This document shows, piece after piece, positions 36,966 through 46,107 of a stretch of 54,892 nt of DNA. The position numbers and the translations under genes were made by a program. Source of the DNA: Fibrobacterota bacterium (GTDB lineage: Bacteria; Fibrobacterota; Fibrobacteria; UBA11236); contig JAYUVP010000117.1 of assembly GCA_043753995.1 (NCBI GenBank), positions 1-54,892 on the forward strand. Reading direction: 5' to 3'. The notes below the pieces were generated by a model that was given only the letters and a program-made list of their open reading frames with translations, did no database searches and was not told the origin of the DNA. Within the stretch, counting starts at the first letter, position 1. Every line of letters begins with the position of its first letter.

Positions 36966-37515
36966 AGGTCAAGACCACTCTGCCACTACTGAATACACGG
37001 TGGGCAATCAGCTTGAGCTTGCCTTCATGCGTGAATAAGGTTCGGCCGCTCCCTAGCGCTACCGGAATCACGACGAATTGATATTCATCGACAAGACCCG
37101 CTTCGCCGAGTTGGGCGACTAAGCTTCCACTTCCCAAAATCACAATGTCGGAGCCACGTCCTTTTTTCAATTTTCGCACCGCCTCCACCAAATCACCGCT
37201 TAGGCATTCGCTATTAGCCCATTGCGTCTTCCAGCGTGTCGGCGCTTTACGGGTGACCACCCATTTCTTGGCCGCATTCATTCCCTTGGCGACTTCGGGC
37301 ATTTGCTTGGCGGCCATGGGCGTGGGCCAAAAGGCCTCCATCATTTGAAAAGTCTTGCGCCCGAAAAGCAAGTCGCTTTCCCCTCCCGCATTCCCGGCAA
37401 CCCATAGCTGGAATTCGGCATCAGGCGCGACGGCATGCGCCCAGCTCATGTCATTGCCTTTATCGGTGAAGTAGCCGTCTATCGATATCGACTCGAAGAC
37501 TTTCAGCTTTCTCAT
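36955..37515 (-). CDS. dihydrofolate-reductase-fold (RibD C-terminal) protein
   Basis: MRKL....S.DGY, LLFGRKTF, GSGSLV..L...GLVDEY...P..LG.G. Confidence 0.92.
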   Translation of the reverse strand: MRKLKVFESISIDGYFTDKGNDMSWAHAVAPDAEFQLWVAGNAGGESDLLFGRKTFQMMEAFWPTPMAAKQMPEVAKGMNAAKKWVVTRKAPTRWKTQWANSECLSGDLVEAVRKLKKGRGSDIVILGSGSLVAQLGEAGLVDEYQFVVIPVALGSGRTLFTHEGKLKLIAHRVFSSGRVVLTYAT

Positions 37516-37543
37516 AGGGCCTCCTGGGGGAAGATTAATATAG

Positions 37544-37559
37544 TTAAGTAATAACTTAA
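37544..37559. promoter_or_regulatory. palindromic operator candidate for the ArsR-SRPBCC-DHFR operon
   Basis: Perfect TTAAGT-N4-ACTTAA, 28 nt upstream of the first ATG. Confidence 0.6.
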
Positions 37560-37577
37560 ATGACGTGCAAAGGAGTC

Positions 37578-37671
37578 GGGCGTCTGACGTTACCGTCTCC
37601 GCCGAGGCTCGCGGTCCTCACTGCTTCGCAAGTTGCGGAGCGAGCCCCTTCGGAGACGTCCACCGCCGCCC
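37578..37671 (-). repeat. structured repeat copy, minus orientation
   Basis: Minus strand GGCGGTG..CGTCTCCG..GGCTCGC-TCCGCA-[ACTTGCGAAGCAGT]-GAGGACC-GCGAGCC..CGGAGACG..CGTCAG. Confidence 0.8.
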
Positions 37672-37746
37672 TTGGCGCACGCCGAATGTATTGCTTTGGG
37701 GTTAAAAAGCTTCGCTCCGCATCCCGATCCTTCGAGGCATTTCTCT

Positions 37747-37773
37747 GGGGGCGTTACGGGGGCCAAGCCCCCG
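37747..37773 (+). repeat. 27-nt G/C hairpin repeat, copy 2
   Basis: GGGGGCGTTACGGGGGCCAAGCCCCCG; followed near 37813 by CCCCAGGGCAA, as in the 20.7-kb locus. Confidence 0.85.
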
Positions 37774-37898
37774 TTCGAGAGGGCAGGGCGAGCCCCCACA
37801 GGCATGTGCTAGCCCCAGGGCAAGACAAACGGCGTCGCGAAAATGGACAGGGGAGAGTCACTATCGCGCGCCGAGTCTCCGGGGATATGCCGAGGGGT

Positions 37899-38005
37899 GG
37901 CGGTGAGCGCCTGAAAAAAGGCTCGCTCCGCAGGCCCGATCGCTTCGAAGTATTTCCCTGGGGGGCCGAGGACCCGCGAGCCTTTTTTCAGGCCGAACAT
38001 CAGCC
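37899..38005 (+). repeat. structured repeat copy, plus orientation
   Basis: GGCGGTG, then a perfect 18-bp stem (37909-37926 / 37976-37993) enclosing TCCGCA-[GGCCC..GGGCC]-GAGGACC, then CATCAGCC. Confidence 0.85.
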
Positions 38006-38063
38006 CCCCGCACACAGGCCGAGGAGGCTCAACCGAGGGAGAGACCTCTCCCTCCAAAACGCG

Positions 38064-39632
38064 CTAGTAAGCCCCAACGCCCTTCAAGCACGAGAAAAAC
38101 GTGCGCACCAAAATGACTAGGTCGAGCAAGAAGCTTTGATTATTGATGTAATAGATATCATAGTCCATGTTCTCATGGATGGCATTCTTGCGATCGGCGC
38201 TGATTTGCCAGAGGCCGGTAATGCCTGGCTTGACATTGAGGCGTTGGCGTTGCAAGTCATTGTATTTCGAAACCAGGAAGGGCATTTCGGGGCGCGGGCC
38301 GACCAGGCTCATATCGCCCTTGAACACATTCCAAAGCTGGGGTAGTTCGTCGAGGGAAGAGCGGCGTAAAAAGCGGCCGATGGGCGTAATGCGGGGGTCA
38401 TGACCATGCTGCGGAGTGATGCCGTATTTCGGCGCCTCGGTATACATGGAGCGGAATTTGTAAAAGAGAAAACGCTTACCGTATTGGCCGATGCGCTTTT
38501 GCACGAAAACGACCGGACCTTTGCTGGAAAGCTTTACCGCCAAGGCCATGCCGAGTAAAACAGGGGAGAGCAAGGCCAATAAAATCGAAGAAGCCACGAT
38601 GTCGAAGGCGCGCTTCATCACCACGGTTTTCCAGCTATAGGTCGGTTCGGCCAAGCCGATGAGGGGAATGCCTTCTAGCTCGGAAACCTTGACTCGCTGA
38701 ATGACGATGTCATAGAGCGAGGGCACGATTTGAAATTCGCAGCCGGTGTCGCGGCAAACATTCATGATATCGATGACCACGCGCGAAGGCACATGAGAAA
38801 GGGCGATGAATAGTTTAGAGGCACCCGTGCGAATCAAGGTTTCTTTCAAGTCGCTGAAATCACCCAAAACGGGAACGTGGTGAATTTTGGTGCCTCGCAA
38901 TTGCGTATCGTCATCAATGAAACCGGCGACATGCAAGCCCAATTTCGGAGATTCGCGGAATTTGTCATGCAATTTACGGCCGACTTCACCCGCGCCATAA
39001 ATGAGGCAGGTGGTTTCCACAAAACCCTTGCGACGCACCCAATTATTGAATTTGAAAAAGGCATAGCGCTCGAATATGAGGCCCACCAGCATGGCTCCCC
39101 AGGTCAAGACGAAAACGCCGCGGCTGAAAAAGAGTTGCTCGGCTACAAAAAGAATGGCGAGTGTGAAAAGGCAGGCCTTGCCCCAAGTCTTGAGGACAAG
39201 TTCGAATTCGCGCACATTCATGAGGCTGCGCTGCGGCTTATATAGGCCATGCACTTCTAGCCCCACCATGACCGTAGCCAGAGTAACACCCATAAAACTG
39301 GTATAACGCGATAGGGACTCAGGTTCGTAAGCCTCGATGGCAATCATGGGGCCGAGCCATTGCCAAGCGAAATAGCCTATCCCGAAACTCATTATCACGG
39401 TAAAAGCATCAACAAAGGCCTGCATGCCGGTTAATAGCGGCTTATAATAGGACAGGCTGACAATGCGGCGCGGACGGCCTCCTGCATAATGATCAGGCAG
39501 AACACGTACAGCGACCGCATTCGATTTGGATGGCTTACTGGGATTGCGTTTTGGCTTGGTCAGAGACTCAGGCAAAACCGAAAGAGATGCTGAGCCATTT
39601 TCGGGCTCAGGCTGGCGGGCAGATTCTTGCAT
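38064..39632 (-). CDS. undecaprenyl-phosphate sugar phosphotransferase, WcaJ/WbaP-like
   Basis: Four TMs, IYGAG..G..DD domain, KRAFD, KFRSM, DPRIT..GRFLRRSSLDELPQLWNV.KGDMSLVGPRP, KPGITGLWQ. Confidence 0.95.
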   Translation of the reverse strand: MQESARQPEPENGSASLSVLPESLTKPKRNPSKPSKSNAVAVRVLPDHYAGGRPRRIVSLSYYKPLLTGMQAFVDAFTVIMSFGIGYFAWQWLGPMIAIEAYEPESLSRYTSFMGVTLATVMVGLEVHGLYKPQRSLMNVREFELVLKTWGKACLFTLAILFVAEQLFFSRGVFVLTWGAMLVGLIFERYAFFKFNNWVRRKGFVETTCLIYGAGEVGRKLHDKFRESPKLGLHVAGFIDDDTQLRGTKIHHVPVLGDFSDLKETLIRTGASKLFIALSHVPSRVVIDIMNVCRDTGCEFQIVPSLYDIVIQRVKVSELEGIPLIGLAEPTYSWKTVVMKRAFDIVASSILLALLSPVLLGMALAVKLSSKGPVVFVQKRIGQYGKRFLFYKFRSMYTEAPKYGITPQHGHDPRITPIGRFLRRSSLDELPQLWNVFKGDMSLVGPRPEMPFLVSKYNDLQRQRLNVKPGITGLWQISADRKNAIHENMDYDIYYINNQSFLLDLVILVRTFFSCLKGVGAY

Positions 39633-39799
39633 ATCCGTCAGACCCCTAGGTTTCAAGACAAAAGCACGGTGTTAACAAGTGAACAAATTTCCCCAAAAGT
39701 GGCAAACTTTGAGGGTAGCTTAATGTGACATTGTCACGCCTAACCCATTGATTTTCAATCAGAAGTTTCAAAAGCCAACCCCTTGTTGGGGTACGGTAA

Positions 39800-39815
39800 A
39801 GCAATTATCAAGCCA
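39800..39815 (-). promoter_or_regulatory. sigma54 (-24/-12) promoter candidate for the sugar transferase
   Basis: Minus strand TGGCTTGATAATTGCT (GG-N10-GC). Confidence 0.45.
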
Positions 39816-39966
39816 TGATTCAGGGGTGAATTGAGTTTATGTCGGATTTTTTGACGATTTGTGGGATTTCCTGATAGCGATAATGTCTTGCATGGTATAG
39901 TTTACCGAATAACGTTTACCTACGCATTTACCCTTAGGTCAAGCCGACCTAGGGGTATGGGGACGA

Positions 39967-40485
39967 ATGAGAATAAGTAGGGGTTTTCAGCTTTTACTCC
40001 TTATGGGGGCCATGGTGCTAGGCACCCTCGTTCCCGTTATGGCCGAAAAGCAAACCATCATCCTAAAACTGAAGCAGCCCCTACGCTCAGAAGTGGTGAA
40101 AATTCGCATTCCAAGTACCCTCAATGCCAAAGGTGAGAGGCGTGACTTGGAAACCGTCTTGCCTCTGGGACCCGGATCTACCGGCAAGGAAGCACAGGCA
40201 AAGAGCGAAATCGCAGAAAAGCTTTCCCTGGCCTTTCAAGTGAAACAATTGGGGAAAAACAGCTTGCTCATTCGCTTCACCTTGCCCACCGCGGGTTATG
40301 TCGAAGTGCAATTGCTTGACTTATACGGCAAGACCTTGGCGACGGTGGCTGCGGAGAATTATTCCAAGGGTTCGCATATTCTGCCGCCCCTGCCTTATCG
40401 CGAATCGGAGCAAAACGGCGTTCGCTTTTTGGCTCTGAAAATCGATGGCAAAATGGTTAAGAAGCAAATGCTGCAGGGGATTTGA
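39967..40485 (+). CDS. small secreted protein consisting mostly of a T9SS-CTD/FlgD-like Ig domain
   Basis: Signal peptide; IRFTLP.AG.V.V.LLDLYGK.LAT.....KG.H....GV.FL.LK.DG. Confidence 0.7.
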   Translation: MRISRGFQLLLLMGAMVLGTLVPVMAEKQTIILKLKQPLRSEVVKIRIPSTLNAKGERRDLETVLPLGPGSTGKEAQAKSEIAEKLSLAFQVKQLGKNSLLIRFTLPTAGYVEVQLLDLYGKTLATVAAENYSKGSHILPPLPYRESEQNGVRFLALKIDGKMVKKQMLQGI

Positions 40486-43025
40486 TGAGGGCCGCCTCCC
40501 ATTCCCGCCTATCGTCTGCTATCGGAATGAGCCTGGCCTCGGCCGGGCTTGGGCTGACTCAGGCTGCGCCGCAATTGAAGGTGGAAAGCGCGGCCGTCGG
40601 TGGCCAAACTGTAATTCTCTCGGTGGACGAACCGGTTCAAATCTCCGACCTGATCAATATTCGCGTCGATGGCTATGACGTCGAGCAAGCCACGGTGATA
40701 GACGAAGGCGATAGTCTGGTATTGAGCCCCTTGGTTTTGGATTTGACGACCAAGGGCGCGCCTAAGATTCGCGAGGTGATTCCCGCGCAAAACCAGCTGG
40801 TGCTTGAGGCGCCGCTTTTTTTCTCCCCTCGCAATGGCCAAGTCCTCGCCGATACCGCTTTCGGAGGCTTGCTTTGCCGAGTGATTTCCGCGTCGACCGA
40901 TGGGCCCGCCCTCGGTATTTCTCGGCGATGGATTATTCGTTATGAGGCTGCTTCCGTCGAAGAGGTTTTTGTTTCGGCGGATATTGCTTTCCGAACAACG
41001 GTGGACCTCAGTGTTTTGCCCGACGATTCGCTAGAAACCGGCGATGTCTTGGGCATGTGGCAGGATAGCACCTTGTCCACGGCCCGTATGACTTTCGGTT
41101 GGTCCAAATCTCGCGTGATTTTACGCCCGGAATTGAGCGGTAAAATTCGTCTGCGCCGTGGCCGTCTGGAAACTTTCGATTTGAGCATGCAGGGTTTGGC
41201 GGAGGCGGCGGGACGCTTTCAAGTGTCAGTCTCGGGCCAGGGCCGATATACCTGGGATCGTTGGGTGGGCGAAAAGAAAACGGTGTCCATTCCCCTGGGG
41301 CATGGCGTTCAAATTCTGGCGACGCATCGGCCTCGTTTTACCGTGCAAGCCGATGCCCGGGATACCGCCCTGAAGGGCAATGCGCATTTCCGCTTGCAGC
41401 AAGACATGAAAGGCTTTTTCCCATCGGAGCTTGGCCCTTCGCCCAGCGGGGATGCCAAGCTCGCCTACCAGATTATGCCTGGCGATTCGTCTTCGGGAAC
41501 GGGCACGGTGCGCTTTCAAGTACGCAGCCTTTTGGATTTGCAATTGGGGGCTTCGGACTCGCATCGGCTCACCGTAGTGCATGAGGCCACCTTGACCAAT
41601 CAAAGCTGGGATTCGCTGGGGCGTCCCCCGACGAAACTCTCACGTGCCAAGATTTGGCAGCGTGAATTGAAATTGGGCGGATCGCTTTCCATGGAGCAGC
41701 GCATTGATTCTTTGTCCAGCCCTAGGTCCTGGCTTTTATACAATCGCGAATTACCCCTGCTCGCCCCCCCGAAAAGCGTGGTGGCCCAATTGCTTCGCCT
41801 GGACGCAGGTAAAATGGCCTTGCTTTGCCAAGCCCAGCCCAAGGCCGAATGGTATACCGTGCAGGCCCTGCTTCCCGATAGCAATTGGGTGACCGTACTG
41901 GATCGCGTCCCAGGACCCAAAATAAAATTGCCTGATTTCTTGCCGCCCCATCCCCTGCGGGTGCGGGTCTTGGCGGGCAATGCCTATGGCCTTTCCCAGC
42001 CCTGGCCTCAAGAAGGCTTGCTCTTGCCCCTACCGAATCGCCCGCCCCTTTTGCCCTATGCCATGCTGCCCGCGAATAATGCGGTCGCCGATACGACCTT
42101 GCGTTTGTCCTGGGTCGGCGGTGATCTCGATTCGGGATCCCGGATGCAATACCGTGTTTTCCTGGGATTACAAAACCCGCCTTTGAATCCGGTCGGTCTC
42201 GCCTCTGGGGATAGCTCGTGGTTGGCCTCTGGGCTTAAGCCCGGCACCACCTATTTCTGGCGCGTCCGCGCGAGTGACGGACAAGACAGCAGTGAAGGGC
42301 CGGTTTTCAGTTTTCGCACCCGCGCACCTGAGCCCGTAGCAAGTCCGGTGGTTAAGGAAGAAGAGGGCAATCCCTGGGTTTATCTCGCCCGTGGCCGATT
42401 TGTGCGTGAGGACAAGGCCGTGGTCACCATAGGCCCTTTCTTGATTCAAAAATTCGAAGTGAGCCAGGCCGAATTCTTTCAGATGATTGGCGAAAACCCG
42501 AGCTTTCGCCTGAATGATTCCCTGCCTGTCGAAAGGGTGACTTGGGAAGAAGCGCAGAAATATTGCCAAGCCTTAGGCGGCCGCCTTCCCACCGAGGCCG
42601 AATGGGAATATGCCAGCCGAGGCGGTAGCCAGGCCTTGCCTTGGGCTAAGGGCAAAGCCAGCGACTATGCCTGGTACAAGAGCAATTCCGACGGGCGAAC
42701 CCGCAAGGTGGGCTTGCTCAAGCCCAATGGATTCGGCCTACATGACATGGCTGGCAATGTTTTTGAATGGGTAGAGGATTGGTATGCCCCCTATGTGGAA
42801 GACAATATCGACCATCCCAAAGGGCCCGAAGACGGCAGCGCACGCGTCATTCGCGGGGCAAGCTGGTATAGCGAGGAAGCGAATTTGAATCCCGCTGGCC
42901 GCTTTTACAATAGACCGGGCTTTCGCAATTATAAGGTGGGATTCCGTTGCGCCGAAGAGGCCCCGAATACCCAGGCTTCAGCTCACATTTCCAATGAAAA
43001 GGCCATACCGGCAACCCTTCCCTGA
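40482..43025 (+). CDS. large secreted protein with FN3-like domain and C-terminal FGE-sulfatase (SUMF1) domain
   Basis: LKPGTTYFWRV.A.DG (FN3); EV.Q..F, PVE.VTWEEA..YC, RLPTEAEWEYA.RGG, PN.FGLHDMAGNV.EW, RV.RG.SW, GFRC. Confidence 0.85.
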   Translation: MMRAASHSRLSSAIGMSLASAGLGLTQAAPQLKVESAAVGGQTVILSVDEPVQISDLINIRVDGYDVEQATVIDEGDSLVLSPLVLDLTTKGAPKIREVIPAQNQLVLEAPLFFSPRNGQVLADTAFGGLLCRVISASTDGPALGISRRWIIRYEAASVEEVFVSADIAFRTTVDLSVLPDDSLETGDVLGMWQDSTLSTARMTFGWSKSRVILRPELSGKIRLRRGRLETFDLSMQGLAEAAGRFQVSVSGQGRYTWDRWVGEKKTVSIPLGHGVQILATHRPRFTVQADARDTALKGNAHFRLQQDMKGFFPSELGPSPSGDAKLAYQIMPGDSSSGTGTVRFQVRSLLDLQLGASDSHRLTVVHEATLTNQSWDSLGRPPTKLSRAKIWQRELKLGGSLSMEQRIDSLSSPRSWLLYNRELPLLAPPKSVVAQLLRLDAGKMALLCQAQPKAEWYTVQALLPDSNWVTVLDRVPGPKIKLPDFLPPHPLRVRVLAGNAYGLSQPWPQEGLLLPLPNRPPLLPYAMLPANNAVADTTLRLSWVGGDLDSGSRMQYRVFLGLQNPPLNPVGLASGDSSWLASGLKPGTTYFWRVRASDGQDSSEGPVFSFRTRAPEPVASPVVKEEEGNPWVYLARGRFVREDKAVVTIGPFLIQKFEVSQAEFFQMIGENPSFRLNDSLPVERVTWEEAQKYCQALGGRLPTEAEWEYASRGGSQALPWAKGKASDYAWYKSNSDGRTRKVGLLKPNGFGLHDMAGNVFEWVEDWYAPYVEDNIDHPKGPEDGSARVIRGASWYSEEANLNPAGRFYNRPGFRNYKVGFRCAEEAPNTQASAHISNEKAIPATLP

Positions 43026-43127
43026 CTTGAAAACCGGCGCGTTTACTCTCGCTTGCCGACAAAAACTTGGATGAGGGCCGAGTTTGCGGCTGGTCCCTAG
43101 CCAGGGGGCTAGGTATAATTAGCCACT

Positions 43128-43859
43128 ATGAAGTACGGAATTTTCTCCGACATTCACGGCAATCTGGAAGCCCTGCAGCGCGTCATCGAATCGATGAATC
43201 GTCTCGGTGTGGAGCGCAAGGTTTGCTTAGGTGATATTGTCGGTTATGGTCCCTTTCCCAATGAATGCGTTGAATTGGTGAAAGAAGAAAGCGATATCGT
43301 CATTCTTGGCAATCACGATAGCGTGGCCGTGGGACGTGAAAGCTCGGAAGACTGGAACAATTACAATGCCCAGCGCGCCATCGAATGGACGGCGAAAACG
43401 CTGAATGCCAGCAATGCCGAATATTTGAAAAAGCTGCCTTATATGGTCAGCGAAGATCCGCTCTGTTTCGTGCATGCCTCCCCCTGGGAGCCCGAGCAAT
43501 GGCGCTATGTCAGTTCGCTCGACGATGCCGTGGACGCCTTTTCCTTTTTCACGGAAAAGGTGTGCTTCATCGGCCACACCCATTGGCCTATCATCGTGAT
43601 CATGGAAGGCGAGCAGAGCTTTCACGTTTCGGAAACCCTGTTCCACACTTGGAAGCCGGGCCAGCGCCTGCTGGTGAATGACGGTAGCGTGGGCCAGCCG
43701 CGCGATCGCAATCCCCTGGCGAGCTGGTGCCTCTTCGACACCGACAAGATGACGGTCGAAATCGTGCGCGTGGCCTATGATATTTCCAAGACGCAAGCTG
43801 CCATGCGTAAATTGGGCCTAGCCGATTTCTTGATCAATCGCCTTTCCGAAGGGCGTTAA
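43128..43859 (+). CDS. metallophosphoesterase family protein
   Basis: SDIHGN, LGDIVGYG, GNHD, HASP, GHTH, N.GSVGQPRD. Confidence 0.95.
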   Translation: MKYGIFSDIHGNLEALQRVIESMNRLGVERKVCLGDIVGYGPFPNECVELVKEESDIVILGNHDSVAVGRESSEDWNNYNAQRAIEWTAKTLNASNAEYLKKLPYMVSEDPLCFVHASPWEPEQWRYVSSLDDAVDAFSFFTEKVCFIGHTHWPIIVIMEGEQSFHVSETLFHTWKPGQRLLVNDGSVGQPRDRNPLASWCLFDTDKMTVEIVRVAYDISKTQAAMRKLGLADFLINRLSEGR

Positions 43860-43868
43860 ACGCCCGCC

Positions 43869-45401
43869 GTGTCCCGCTTAAAAGCCCTGTTCAAAGAGTC
43901 GCTGCTTTACGGCGTCTCTTCGCTATTGTCCCGCTTTCTCAATTTCCTTTTGGTGCCGTTTTACACCCATGTTTTATCGCCAGCGGAATTCGGCGTCAGC
44001 AATATCCTATTCGCTTTGATAGCCTTTTGCAATATTCTCTGGCAGGGTGGCTTCGACACGGCTTATTTGCGTTTGCGGCATGATGAAGGCGAGGAGAATG
44101 GCCGCAAGCTTTTCGCGACGGCTTTCACTTCGCTTTGGGTGACTTCGGGGCTGGGCACGCTATTGCTGATTGTCGCCACCCCCTGGTTGGCATCGGGGCT
44201 CATGATACCCGAGGCCGATCGCGGGCTCCTGCGCTGGGCCGCGGCCATCCTATGGCTGGACGCCCTGACCGTGGTGCCCATGGCGCATTTGCGCTTTCGC
44301 CACATGGCATTGCAATATTCACTTTTGCGCCTGTTCAATGTGGCCGTGAATATAGGCGGGAATTTGCTTTTCGTGCTTTATTGGCGCCGCGGTCTCGAAG
44401 GCATTTTCTGGGCCAATGCCCTGGCGAGCGCAGTTTGCCTGTTGCCGCTTCTGCCCTTGCTCGTACGCCAATTGCGGGGGCAAAAACTTTTTCGGTGGGA
44501 AACCTCGCGGTTACGTGCTTTGCTGTCCTTGGGCTTGCCTCTGGTGCCTGCGGGGCTTTATGGCATAGTCAATGATGTCGCGGGTCGGCTTTTTCTCGGC
44601 TGGCTCCTGACCGACGCCGCCGTGGCTGCGCTTTATCCCGGCCGGGGTTGGAGCGTGCTCGATCTCACCGGCATTTTCTCGGCGGCATGGAAGCTGGGCA
44701 TATTCGGCCTATTGCTCACGCAAATGTATCGCCTGGCTTGGCAGCCTTTTTTCATGCAGCATGCCAAGGATGCCGACGCACCGATTCTGTTCGGGCGCAT
44801 TTTGCGTTTGCTTTTGCTTTTCATCGGTTGCAGCACGGGAGCCTTGATGTTGTGGCTCGACAAGCTCGTTGCCATTCCCATCGCAGGACGACCCTTCATT
44901 GCCGAGGCCTATTGGGGCGGGCTCTCCATCGTGCCGCTAGTGCTTTTGGCCTATGCCTTTCAAGCCGTTTTCATTCATTTCACTCTGGGGCTCTATATTG
45001 AGAAGCGCACCCGTTACCTCATTTGGAGCAATGGCATCGGCGCTGCGGTGACCATAGCGGGCAATCTTCTACTGGTGCCGCGTTTCGGTTTATGGGGTGC
45101 CTCGGTGGCCGTAGTGGCCTGTTATGCCTGCATCGCTTTTTTGGTGGCGCGCCAAAGCCAAAAGCTTTTCCCCATCGAACTCGGAGGTTGGCGTTTGGTC
45201 GCTCTGGGCTTGTGGTTACTGCTCTCTCATGGCTTGGGCCTGTGGGTACAAACCCATGTCGAGGGCGTGAATTGGGTATGGCGCATGGCGGGCACAGCCG
45301 CGATTTGGATTTTGCCTTTTGCTCTGGGCGCGCTTTCCCCCAACGAATTGAAAGCGGCGAAAGGATTATTGCGAAGGCGCCCCGCTACGGCCGCATCCTA
45401 A
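43869..45401 (+). CDS. Wzx-like oligosaccharide flippase / polysaccharide biosynthesis protein
   Basis: LYG.S..L.R...FLLVPFYT..L.P.EFG start; about 12-14 TMs; AWQPFF; P.FGLWGA. Confidence 0.88.
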   Translation: MSRLKALFKESLLYGVSSLLSRFLNFLLVPFYTHVLSPAEFGVSNILFALIAFCNILWQGGFDTAYLRLRHDEGEENGRKLFATAFTSLWVTSGLGTLLLIVATPWLASGLMIPEADRGLLRWAAAILWLDALTVVPMAHLRFRHMALQYSLLRLFNVAVNIGGNLLFVLYWRRGLEGIFWANALASAVCLLPLLPLLVRQLRGQKLFRWETSRLRALLSLGLPLVPAGLYGIVNDVAGRLFLGWLLTDAAVAALYPGRGWSVLDLTGIFSAAWKLGIFGLLLTQMYRLAWQPFFMQHAKDADAPILFGRILRLLLLFIGCSTGALMLWLDKLVAIPIAGRPFIAEAYWGGLSIVPLVLLAYAFQAVFIHFTLGLYIEKRTRYLIWSNGIGAAVTIAGNLLLVPRFGLWGASVAVVACYACIAFLVARQSQKLFPIELGGWRLVALGLWLLLSHGLGLWVQTHVEGVNWVWRMAGTAAIWILPFALGALSPNELKAAKGLLRRRPATAAS

Positions 45402-45490
45402 GGGCTCCGGTTCAAATAACTTTATCAGTCCCATCACACTTATTCACTTAATAAACTAAACCGTGTCGAATTGTATTCACGTTCCCATGA

Positions 45491-46096
45491 ATGAAGGGCC
45501 ACTTGGCAAATTCCGCTGAACGCCTGGGGCCTCCCTCATCGCAAGCGCTCTGGCTGGCCTTGCTATTGCCTCCGGAAGCCTTGCTTCGCGAATGCCGCCG
45601 CGAAACCTATCAGGGCTCGGGAGCGGGCGGACAAAAGCGCAATCGAGTGCGATCGGGGGTGCGCCTAGTGCATACCACCACGGGACTGCGCGCCGAAAAT
45701 TGCGAGCACCGCGAGGCCTTGCGCAATGTCGAGGCCGCCACACGCGGGTTACGCCTGGCCATGGCCTTGACCTTGGGCGAGCTTGCGGCGGAGGCCAGCG
45801 GGGAGCTTCCCGGCTTCGCAGGCGCAGCACCGAAGGTGGATGGGCCTAACCCCGTGCTGGCAACAGCGCTTCGCACCCGCTTTCGCGTGGAGGCGAATTC
45901 GCATCATGAAGACTTTGCCGTGACCGCGGCCATGGCCCTGACGGCTTTGATGCAAAATCAAGGGCGCTTGGCCGACACTGCGAAGCAATTGGGCATTACA
46001 GGATCCGCGCTCACTCGGCATTTCAAGGCGGATAAGGCCATTTGGTCGGCTGTCCTGCGCTTGCGGGAAAAAGCGGGCTTGCCGGGTTTGAAGTGA
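45491..46096 (+). CDS. stand-alone GGQ (class I release-factor-like) domain protein
   Basis: YQGSGAGGQKRNRVRSGVRLVH..TGL, R....N...A..LR; C-terminal HTH-like A..LGIT.SAL. Confidence 0.85.
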   Translation: MKGHLANSAERLGPPSSQALWLALLLPPEALLRECRRETYQGSGAGGQKRNRVRSGVRLVHTTTGLRAENCEHREALRNVEAATRGLRLAMALTLGELAAEASGELPGFAGAAPKVDGPNPVLATALRTRFRVEANSHHEDFAVTAAMALTALMQNQGRLADTAKQLGITGSALTRHFKADKAIWSAVLRLREKAGLPGLK

Positions 46097-46107
46097 ACGG
46101 GACGACG

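Noticed and set aside
21026..38005. Structured repeats as canonical attC sites
   Set aside because: They lack RYYYAAC/GTTRRRY ends and do not follow cassette-like ORFs in a consistent orientation
37560..38120. 186-aa ORF over the composite repeat
   Set aside because: Lies across hairpin repeats and overlaps the end of the sugar transferase on the other strand
39724..39738. CRP site TGTGA-cattg-TCACG
   Set aside because: Spacer is 5 nt rather than 6; kept only as an unassigned palindrome
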